NCBI GenBank assembly: GCA_002269645.1
Contig: NIVC01000759.1
Span: 1-64,000, forward strand
Origin: Macrostomum lignano
Lineage: Eukaryota
Length of the DNA: 64,000 nt
Direction: 5' to 3'
Under the pieces are notes generated by a model that saw only the letters and a program-made list of their open reading frames with translations, was not told where the DNA came from and searched no databases. The stretch's first letter is position 1. Each line of letters begins with the position of its first letter. Shown here in pieces: positions 10,081 to 20,100 of this stretch. The position numbers and the translations under genes are program-made.

Positions 10081-11659
10081 GCACGATCAAATAGTGTTTG
10101 AAGGAGGATTGTTAGATGTTCAAAAAGGATTAACAAGCTTACCACCAATCTTTACTACTGGAAGGTATACTGGGGAACTACATTTACCATCAATGAACTT
10201 CACAGGTTAACCCGTGGCCTGAGTGAGGAAGGCAATGTCCTTGCTAGTCACTATTTGTGGCGACATCTCCAAATTGCGTGAGACCCGTCATACTGCTTCA
10301 AGTACCACTTCAATTGAGAAATCTTTTGAAGGAACAGAGGTAACTCCTCTTCCCAAAGGTGGCAAGCTTGAGGACACGGTGGCAGTGCGCAGCCAAGCTC
10401 CTAAGTATTTTAAATATAAGGAGAAGGTTCAGAGAGCAGACGGAGATGGGCGGTAATTATCGCCGCTTAAGGTGTGCTCCAGCCTCTTTCGAAAGATTGA
10501 GGGTAAACTACCCGGCACTCGCTTAGATTTGAGATTAAATCCTGATGACACCCCAAAAGCCGATTCAATTCCCATAAATGGAATTGATTGGTTAGCATAC
10601 TATCATGACTTAGCATACAGAGATGCTGATAAGAACACACCCGAGGAAGCATTAAGATTAAAACATGAAGCCGATCAAAAAATGATTCAAGGATTAGATA
10701 ACTTGCAGGGATTATCGGTAGGTCAAAAATTAACTAGGTGGATGGTTAAAAAGATTCTACAATCTAAAGTTAAATTTGGTTTGGGAATTAATTATAATCA
10801 ACATGGAAATAATTGTGTTGAGTGTTTGTTGTTAAGTGGCGGTGGGTTAAGTTCTGATGAGGCAAAGATTCTTCATAAAGAATATCGAAAACCTAAATTT
10901 TATAGAAAAATCATGAACTTCAAAAAGAACGAAATTTGGTATGCTGATTTAATGTCTATGCCGATCGATAAAGGATATAAATATATTTTAACCATATTAG
11001 ATGGTTTTACTCGATACGCGTGGGCTGTTCCTTTGAAATCCAAAAAAGGAGAGGATGTTGCTGCTGCTTTTAGAAGTCTTGGAGAAAAAAGCGAAAGATT
11101 GTGTGTTGACGAAGGAAAAGAATTTTACAATCCTCATATGTATAAATTGTATCATTTTGAAAAAGGAAAAGAAAGGATGAAGGGCGCGAATGGGGAGTAT
11201 ATTAATAAAATTTATTCTATTTATGGAGAGAGTAAAAACGCATTAATAGAAAGATTTAATCGAACTTTAGGTAAGAAATTGTGGTTTCAGTTTAGTCTTA
11301 ATGGAAACCAAAAATGGGTAAAAATATTACCAGACGTTGTAAAAGATTATAACAATTCATATCATTCGGCCATAAAGATGGCTCCTCAACAAGCTTATAA
11401 CAAACCTGAAAATGTTAAGGTTACTTTTGGAAAATTTGAAAAAAATAAAAAGAAATCTTTTAAGGTTGGTGATTCTGTTTATATCTATAAATGGAAAGAT
11501 AAGTTTGAAAAAGGAAGAAAAGGATATTGGAAGATAAGTGAGAAATTTACTATCAGTAAAGTTTTAAATACCAATCCTACAACCTATATAATTGCTGATA
11601 AGGACGGTGAAGAAATATTGGGTTCGTTTTATGAGAACCAACTAATATCAGCGAACTAA
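10019..11659 (+). CDS. PLA2-integrase fusion, join(10019..10207,10511..11659), about 445 aa after intron removal
   Basis: Splicing restores ELHLPSMNFTG-PGTRLDLRL...PINGID...YYHDLAY (parvovirus-type PLA2: GPG loop and HD dyad), in frame with an rve integrase having ADL / VDEG / IERFN (DDE). Confidence 0.85.
10208..10510 (+). ncRNA. Group I intron, IC1-like, 303 nt
   Basis: P1 CAGGU/GCCUG with U.G at the 5-prime splice site; P3 CAUCUCC(10264-70)/GGAGAUG(10442-48); AAAUUGCG and GCGCAGCCAAGCUCCUAA...GGAGAAGGUUCAGA core; P5b and P9 GAAA loops; P7 G-A-GAGCA(10432-38)/UGCUCC(10475-80); P8 hairpin; J8/7 UAAGGUG. Confidence 0.9.
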
Positions 11660-11669
11660 GTTCGAACAA

Positions 11670-11894
11670 TTACTTGAGACAACATGGTAGTAAATTTTTT
11701 ATAACAAACAAAAACAATATTATTACAATAATTGTTACTAATATTATTATTGACATTTGTTCAACTGTTATCAAACTTAAATTTTCATTAAGTTCATTAA
11801 TTGGAACATTTCCGATGTAGGAATAGTTTACCTTCATTTTTTTATATATATTTTTCACAATAAATGTCGTTTCTGTTATAGAATAATAGTTCAT
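11670..11894 (-). CDS. Small membrane protein (single TM helix)
   Basis: 74 aa, IIILVTIIVIIILFLFVI; AAAAA-ATG start. Confidence 0.5.
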   Translation of the reverse strand: MNYYSITETTFIVKNIYKKMKVNYSYIGNVPINELNENLSLITVEQMSIIILVTIIVIILFLFVIKNLLPCCLK

Positions 11895-11910
11895 TTTTTA
11901 AATATTTTTT

Positions 11911-12225
11911 TCACATAAAAATTTCACTTTCATTCTCTGAATCGCTGGTTTCATATGAACTATTTGTTGATTCGGAATCTGTTGATCTAACCTCCCAATC
12001 ATCCGAATTTAAATAATCTCCAAGTTGAAATATTAACTCACCCTCTTGTTCTAAATCAAACATCTCATCTAGCTCTAATGGATAAAGTTTTAGGTCGTGC
12101 TTGTCGTCATATTTTAAATAAACTTCATCAATTATTCCATTCAAAATATGTTGTTTTATTATCTCTGCATTTTTAGCAACAGTCTCAAAAGTATCACTAA
12201 CAGAAAAGGTGTAAACTCGGGTCAT
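11911..12225 (-). CDS. Hypothetical acidic protein
   Basis: 104-aa ORF with AAAA-ATG start and acidic Ser-rich tail. Confidence 0.5.
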   Translation of the reverse strand: MTRVYTFSVSDTFETVAKNAEIIKQHILNGIIDEVYLKYDDKHDLKLYPLELDEMFDLEQEGELIFQLGDYLNSDDWEVRSTDSESTNSSYETSDSENESEIFM

Positions 12226-12282
12226 TTTTAGTAACAGAAAAAGACCCTTCGCGCCTGCGGCGCGGGCAAGGGGTTATAGAGT

Positions 12283-12550
12283 AGTAGTATAGAAAAAGAC
12301 GCTTCTAGATCAGACCTTATTTTAATGGCCGTTTGTAAGGTCTTAAGAGGGGGGACGCGAGGGGGGTGTTGGGGAGTGTTTGGAAGTGTTTGGAAGTGAT
12401 TTTTATTGTTAGGGGTGATTATGGGTGATTAGATGTATTAATGGTGTTTAGATGTGTTTTTTTATTTACCCCCCGTGTCCCCCCTCTAGACCCTTAAAAC
12501 GGTCATTAAAAAAGTGCTCTGGGTCTAGAAGCGTCTTTTTCTATACTACT
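12283..12550. repeat. Self-complementary Polinton terminus: about 85-bp imperfect inverted repeat with a perfect outer 27 bp
   Basis: 12283-12309 agtagtatagaaaaagacgcttctaga is the exact reverse complement of 12524-12550. Confidence 0.9.
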
Positions 12551-13691
12551 AACACTTATTTCTTCGTCAGGTCTGTAGATGTTCACGCAGGTGTCACGCA
12601 AATTGTTCAAAAATGGACGAATCTTGTACAACGGATCACCAGGTGTGGGATCCTCAAGGCAATCATAAAAGCGAAGAAAGCCGAGCAATTGCTTGAAGCG
12701 GTCTCTAGAGAGCGCCTCAGGTGCTTGAAAGTATGGTGTCGAGTGGTAGCTGCCAGTACTCCAGTAGTCATTCATCTCAGTCTTCTTGTTGCTTCCCATG
12801 TACAGGTACATGCCAATCAACTTCTTGACTTCGTTTGCGCTACATTCGTTCCACTGTAACAAACTCACAGGCAGGTCATCAGCATCCAATGAATGAATTG
12901 CTGCCCAAGCTCTACGGTTAGTCCACATAGCTAGATCTTCAAACAACGAATCAGACAGGAATAAACCTAAGAAGAAGGAAGTTGAGTTCTCAACATCGGC
13001 AGGCACTATTATTCCAGGATTCAGGCCAGGTGTTCCGAAAAACTCGATATCTCTCGTCGATGCGTCGTTCCCAACGATAGCAGGCCGCCACGACAACTCA
13101 TCAGCAACCTGTACGTCCTCATCAACACTGTCCAGAACATCTGACTCACCAGAAGAATCATCTGATAAGAGGTAGTCCTCGTCGTCCGATGTCATGAGTT
13201 CAGACATTTCGTCCACTTGGGCCATTTCAAAGCTCTTTGAGAACTGATTTTATAGTATTCGGCTCAAACCATACTGAGACAGATAAAGTATAGGAAACGA
13301 AAACTTAAGGAGTCAAAGAACCACTGTAGTATAAAGCACGACTGAATAAGCTGTCAAAAAGCTAGACGAGTAAGGAGATGGATCAGCTTCTCTGTTTGAA
13401 CTGACTGGGGCTAGGAAAAGAACGTTTCTTATACTGTTCGTGTTGCCCATTCCTCTTGTACAGGGACCAGTGTGCTTTCAGTCTAGAAACAGGCTACTTA
13501 AATGTACATTTTTGCTTATTTTTCTACCCCAGCCGACTGAATGTCTATTGATAAGCATTGCTTACCATGCCGACCGGAACGGAGAGAAAAAATATCTATG
13601 GCTCAGTCAGAAGCCAAATAGTCTATGGTAAGCACTGCTTACCATCCGACTGGAACGGAGATGAAAAATTTTGGGCCCAGTCTTGAAGAGG
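12551..13691 (-). mobile_element. piggyBac transposon 5-prime half, interrupted by the Polinton
   Basis: TTAA (13692-95) followed by CCTCTTCAAGACTGGGCC terminus; 33-bp subterminal direct repeats (13553, 13630); transposase ORF from 13225 with acidic N-terminus, MSRDRF-like LSRDRF, DPLYKIRP, ending at PDEEISV just before the catalytic D. Confidence 0.88.
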
Positions 13692-14960
13692 TTAAGGCAA
13701 CTCAACAGGTCAAATAGTTGACCAAAGAGTACCAAGGAACCAAAGCATTTATCAAGTAAAAGCGTTCCACTTTTTCAACTAGCAGCTGCTTGGTAGGTTG
13801 GCAATCCAGTAAAGTTCAGACGAAATTGCAGCTGTTCCTATATCTATCTTAATTGCAATGCCGAAATCTGGGAGGTGAGGTATTGGGAATTTAGTGCCAA
13901 ACAGTGGCTGTGGTGACCAGGTCCCGAACTTTTCGAGTCGAGTTTGTATAGCTCGTACCACGCCGAAAGTTAAGCGTCGGAAAGTGGCTGGAAGCGTATT
14001 ATCCAAAAGCGGCTACCAGTGACCGAAATTTGGAAACTTGTATGAAATTTGTATGAAATGATTTTACCAAACCACACCTGGCCTTATCTGACCAAACAGT
14101 CGCTACATGTTGTAAGCTTTTAATTGTGGAAGTCCTTAACAGTTCTGGAGAATCCAGCTGGCACAGAGGCCGCAACCGGCTGGACCAGTTCCCGCAAACT
14201 GGCCTTCTAAACTAGAATAACATTGCAGCAATCAACCCACACAACGCCATCCAATTCTGTAAAAAATTCTTGAAACAGAAACAAGACAAAGGAAAGCGAG
14301 TCAATTTGTTTAAACAAAATACAGCTGCTGACTTGAAAGTGTCAGAGCCGCTTCAGACAGGTGCAGTGCTGGCACGTATTATTTTGGCTGAAGGCATAGC
14401 AAAATATGAGAAAATATTGAAGAAGGACTAAATTTTGCGACTATTCAAATGCAGTACACCATTTTACCTTCAATTTTTTAATTTGTTGAATTCAATTCAA
14501 ACTACAAGAACTTCAAGTAAGACAATCCAGTGAAATGCGGCTGTTGCCACAATGCAACGAGCGATATTTGCGATGTATTTTAAAAGCCAGACGATTAGGG
14601 CAGGGTTTGGGTGTTGCCGCACGTTGCGAGCCCCGAAAAACACAAACACGTACAAGAGGGCGAGTTTTAAATTGAAAGCTGAACTTCAAACCAGCAGCGC
14701 GCCGGTCAGGGACTGTGGGAACAAAGATTCCAATACAGACTGAACTGAATTCCAGCAACAACCGCACTTCACTGGATTGTCTTGACTGGAGTTATTGCAG
14801 TTTGAATTGAATTCGGCTTGGTTAAAAATTGAAGTTGAACAGGAGCACCGGAGAGCACAGACAGGAAATGCACAGACAAAAATGCAAACAGTTGACAACA
14901 ACAGCACCAGTAACTGTTTGAATTGCAAAGCTGCAAGCAGGCGAATGCTTTGGAACGAGT

Positions 14961-16258
14961 TTAGGGCCGCTGCTGTTGTAGCTGCTGCACCTGCTGCTGG
15001 AGCTGCTGCACCTGCTGCTGCAGCTGCTCGACGCTCCTCGTCCGCTCGTCCAGTCCGCTCAGCAGAGTCCGCAGCTGCGAGACGCCTCCGAACCTGTCAG
15101 CCAGCTGCTCGAGCTCCATAGTGCTGTGAGCCCAGTTCGCCACGTTGACCTGCAGCTTCTTGAACTGCTCGAAGACGCTGCCGACTCGCCGCTTCACGTC
15201 GGCCACCTCGCGACCGTCAGCGGCAGTGGCGGAGGGGGCTGCGGCACCGGCGGAGGACTGCGGGACCGCGGCTGCTGGAAACGAAAAATTACAGATGAAT
15301 ATTCTTCCAATAGCGACCTACAAAACATTCACATCCAACCACCTTAATAGCAGTGGCGCACATTGATCTTTGCTATTAATCAACAGAAAAGCTTACCAGA
15401 ATTCGATGGAACAACAGCTGCCTGCTTGAGCTTCGAGTCCATGAGCTCAAGGTGAGAGTCCACGCTTTCCCTGTAGTGCCTCTCCAGATCGGACCTGCGC
15501 ACCATCGCCCTGCAGCCCAGGTGAGAGTACTTGCACTCTACCGGTCTCTCGGGACACTCCGACAGGTGAGCAACATATCCCCGCCTGTCCATCGGTGTGC
15601 TCCGCTCCGAGCAGTGAGGACAGCGAGCTGAGAATCTCGGACAGCACACATCGGACTGCAGATTCCTGTGACTGGTCTCCATCTCGCTGTGTGTGACCAG
15701 CTGAGAGCACAGGTCGCAGGTCTCCTTCCTGTGGCGACACTCGCTGCTGGTGTGTCGCTGCATGTCCTTCTTCAGGATGAGCTCTTTGCACTGCTCACAG
15801 CGGAGTGAGTGCCAGTCGCAGCTCTGTTGCACATGCTGGTCCATGCGAGCCCATTCGAGTTGGACAGAGCAGCCGGCGTCGCAGTTCGGACAGCGGACTC
15901 GCAGCTTGGCGACCTCGCGTCTCGTCGCCATGTCGGGAAAGCAGGTAGCCTGGCTCACCTCGACCTCGCCGCCGCTGCCACCGCCGCCAGCGTCCTCCTC
16001 CGAGTGGTGGTCTCTGAGTGTGCAGGCCTCGGTGTGTCCGGGACAGGGCCGCTTCTCCACCTCGTGCAGCAGGCCGGTGACGCAGGCGTGGCACAGGCGG
16101 CACCCGTGCGGAGTCTGTCGGGCGTTGAAGAGCGGCTTTGAGCAGCTGCTGCACTGCAGGTGAGCCGGCAGATCGGAGACCGGCGTCGCTGTCGACACAC
16201 TCGAAGGCAGCTCGGACATGTGCAGGCTGGAGCGACGGGTAAAGTGAATTCTTTGCAT
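14961..16258 (-). CDS. TRAF-like RING/zinc-finger protein lacking a MATH domain, join(16258..15397,15274..14961)
   Basis: RING-like CSSC...HGCRLCHAC, FPD...RREV..L.V.CPN...GC and tandem TRAF-type Zn fingers, GT-AG phase-1 intron, coiled-coil then stop. Confidence 0.8.
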
Positions 16259-17103
16259 GGGTTGGAACAGTGTCAGTGAAATTAACTAGCCTGCTTACAC
16301 GTTACACAGTTTGCAGTAAAAGTGGCGCTACTTTTTTTACTTATAGACATTCGCTGTTTGAATTGTGTCCAATTTCTATTGGCTAACGGCTGCACATCAA
16401 GGACTTGAAGTACACGCAGGTATAGTATCCTGAAGCCAGGAAATATTCTGTGTACAGTGCAATGCACACAAGCTGCACTCAAATTAGACCCAAAATGCAG
16501 GAAAAGATAGCTCGTAATAGCACTAGTTTAGTTCGTATAGCAAGAAAAAAGCCTAAAAGCAGCAACCAAGATATTGGCAATTTATTTTTGCTAAATAGAA
16601 TTTCTCATAATTGAAAGTTCTGCTAAAATAAATTTGATCAAGCAGTTTGGCTTTTAAATAACAATAAAAAGTAAAAGTTGAATCGCCTGACTTAGAGAGA
16701 GCAATGCAACTGGCCAGCGCAGAGGCCCAGCTGCCGGGCCGCATGCGGAAACCAGGTGAAGCGCACTGGACTGCAAGTCGGTCTCTGCATGCGGCCCGCG
16801 GAAACGCAAAGTAGAGAGGAAGACACCGTCAAGACCATAAATAAGCAGGCTGTATAAAATAGGAATAAATTGGTAGGCGGGGCTCTCTGCATTCAAGTCG
16901 GAATCTCTGTTGCACAATAAGAGGTGACGAAATGACAGTTAAAAAAAAACAACACCTGGAAACACCGAAAAAGTGGAAGTGACTTTTTGGCTAGAAAGGA
17001 AAATTAAAATCGCGCGAGTCCTGATTAATAATAAGTCTTGAGAAGTCCTGATTGAAAAGCATGCTTCGGTCCACTGTGGGGGCCTGAGACGGCTGCCAGC
17101 GGC

Positions 17104-20100
17104 TCAGTTAGTGCCCGGACTCAGCAGGTTCTCGTGGACGAACTTCTTCGTGCCGTCGGCGAAGTCGCTGACCGTGTCGCCGCTGCCGTGCAGCAGCCAC
17201 TTGGTGGTCAGGAGGCCCTCAACGCCCACCGGGCCGCGGGCGTGGATGCGGCTGGTGCTGATGCCCACCTCAGCGCCTGCGGGACGGTTAAGGCGGCTTG
17301 AGATGATGGGGAGGTTGAGCAGGGATAAGGGCTGAGATGATGGGGAGGTTGAGCAGGGATAAGGGCTGAGATGATGGGGAGGTTGAGCAGGGATAAGAGC
17401 TGAGATGATGGGGAGGTTGAGCAGGGATAAGGGCTGAGATGATGGGGAGGCTGAGTAGGGATAAGGGCTGAGATGATGGGGAGGCTGAGTAGGGATAAGG
17501 GTTGAGATGATGGGGAGGCTGAGTAGGGATAAGGGTTGAGATGATGGAGAATGGACAATAGTGCGGAATAGATTTGATGAAGAATAGTTCGACAGACAGG
17601 TGAAGACCTGGGAGAACAAAAGAGCTGAGCTGTGGCAAGCAGCTGGGAGAACAATAGAGACTGAAGTTCGGTCTCCCCTCAGCTCTCAGAAGGGTAGAAA
17701 AAGCAGAAGTTTTTGGCAACATTTTGAAAACAAAAAACGAAGTTAGTCATGTGTTTTTAGGCTAAACAAATAATTACGAACACACAAAGACAGGAGTAGA
17801 GGCCGTAAGCTAGGCAGTATCAAATAGAATTTGCCTATTATTTAACGCACTGCAACAGGTATGCTGACGCACGCAATATATAGGTATGCATAACTAACAC
17901 CTGGTCTGTTACGTGACCACTCTCCAGACGCGCCCAAAACTCACCCAGTCCAAAGCGGTAGCCGTCGGAGAAGCGGGTGCTGCAGTTGTGGAAGGCGCAG
18001 GCGCTGTCCACGTTGGCCAGGAAGGTGTTGAAGCTGGTTTCTGGAAAGGGGGCGCGGGTAATCACGGCTTGGATTACTGTGGTGAGCGCGGAATCAACAA
18101 TGTTCACACATTTCACCATCGTGCACAGATTCGGCACTCGTCCAAATTTTATTAAATGTTCTCAGGAAAATTTACACACCCACAGAATTCACACATTTCC
18201 TGAAAAACTCGATTTCAAACAAAAGAGATTCACAAAAGTATTCACGCATTAAGCACACTATTCACACATTAATCAAATTTTTCACACATTAACCACACAA
18301 TTCACACATTTACCACACCATTCACACAATACGAAACTATTCACACATTAACCACACTATTCACACGTTAACTACACTATTCACGCATTAACTACACTAT
18401 TCACACGTTAACTACACTATTCACACAATACCACAGTATTCACACATTAACTACACAGTTCACACATTTACCACACCATTCACACAATACGAAACTATTC
18501 ACACATTAACCACACTATTCACACGTTAACTACACTATTCACACAATACCACAGTATTCACACATTAACTACACAGTTCACACATTTACCACACCATTCA
18601 CACAATACGAAACTATTCACACATTAACCACACTATTCACACGTTAACTACACTATTCACGCATTAACTACACTATTCACACGTTAACTACACTATTCAC
18701 GCATTAACTACACTATTCACACGTTAACTACACTATTCACACAATACAACAGTATTCACACATTAACTACACAGTTCACACATTAACCACACTATTCACA
18801 CAGTCCCTCACCGTTCTCAGACACGATGGAGTCGGTGTGGTGGCTGCCGTAGGTGTTGATGTGGTCCACAGCCTCCGCCACGCCGGACACGATCTCGATG
18901 CAGCACTCCAGGCTGCTGTACTCCGTGCGCAGCGAGACGGCCGGCGACGGGCCGAAGCGAATCTTCTTGGCCAGCCTGGGCCCGGTGTTCACCTTCACCT
19001 GTGACAGGTGGGGGCGGGGGGTGAAACAGGTGTCTGAGCGATCCGCCAATACGCCAACTGAATCAGAGATGTTGAGCCAGGATAAGCACGGATCCCTGTT
19101 CTGTATTCAGGTGTTACATCACTGATCCTTGTAAGCGGTGAGTGGCTAAAACCATGATAAGAAACAGATAAACATCTGGTCTGTTGGCTGCCCGAAAGCG
19201 CTTGATAATTTACATCCTGAATGCAGACGGTTTTATAACTTAGAGTTTGCCAAGACTTCAGCATCAAGGATGCACTATAGTCAGCAATAAACTAACCCTC
19301 CATTAACTAAGTATTTCAATTTGCTCGCCTGGGAGCATTAATGTTACTTTTTGATGGTAAATAAACTATAGGATAGAATGTGGGGAATGCGGATTGGAGG
19401 GTGGGGAATGTGGGGTGGAGGGTGGGGAATGTGAGGTGGAGGGTGGGGAATGTGGGGTGGAGGGTGGGGAATGTGAGGTGGAGGGTGGGGAATGTGGGGA
19501 ATGTGAGGTGGAGGGTGGGGAATGTGGGGTGGAGGGTGGGGAATGTGGGGTAGAGGGTGGGGAATGTGGGGTGGAGGGTGGGGAATGTGGGGTGGAGGGT
19601 GGGGAATGTGGGGTGGAGGGTGGGGAATGTGGGGTGGAGGGTGGGGAATGTGGGGTGGAGGGTGGGGAATGTGGGTGGAGGGTGGGGAATGTGGGGTGGA
19701 GGGTGGGGAATGTGGGGTGGAGGGTGGGGGATGTGGGGCGAAGGGTGGGGGATGTGGGGCGAAGGGTGGGGGATGTGGGGCGAAGGGTGGGGGATGTGGG
19801 GCGAAGGGTGGGGAATGTGGGGTCGAGGGTGGGAAATGTAGGACGAAGGGTTGGGAATGTGGAATTGAGGGAGGGGAATATGAGACGCAGCAGGTAGGAC
19901 AGCAATAAATCTGAGGCTATAGCGACCAGAGTTCGGGCAACTCTCACATCACGAGACCTGAGCGCGTCGAACAGCTCATCAAAGAAGCCGCTCTTCAGGT
20001 GGCTCTCGTGCAGCAGCACGGTCTCCATGGCGTTGCAGGCGGCCGGGTAGTCGCACTTGGAGTCCAGCACTGCGGGAATGGCCAATGACGCCAAGTAATG

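Larger units (their letters stand above)
1..12550. mobile_element. Polinton/Maverick (adintovirus-like endogenous dsDNA virus), right portion; left end lies outside the window
   Basis: AT-rich block with pPolB, protease, two capsid genes, ATPase and rve integrase; genes start with AAAA-ATG; ends in ...CTATACTACT at 12550 (Polinton AGT/ACT-type terminus) where composition switches to piggyBac sequence. Confidence 0.95.

Noticed and set aside
9420-10090. HNH ORF as cargo of a second group I intron in the 8771 gene
   Set aside because: No P7/P3 core or downstream exon could be found around it
10223-10456. 77-aa ORF inside the intron and the MCSSLFRKIEGKL start of ORF 10472
   Set aside because: These are translations of ribozyme sequence with non-ATG starts and no recognisable motif
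10207-10507. Insert read as a piggyBac-type MITE (TTAACCC...GGGTAAA)
   Set aside because: No TIR beyond 3 bp, no TTAA duplication on the right, and excision would not restore the GPGT frame; the group I core explains the whole sequence
10206-10510. Insert read as a spliceosomal or group II intron
   Set aside because: No AG acceptor gives an open GPGT frame; no GUGYG start or domain V
12283-12550. Terminal hairpin as an independently inserted mini-Polinton
   Set aside because: Flanks (tagagt vs aacact) show no target-site duplication
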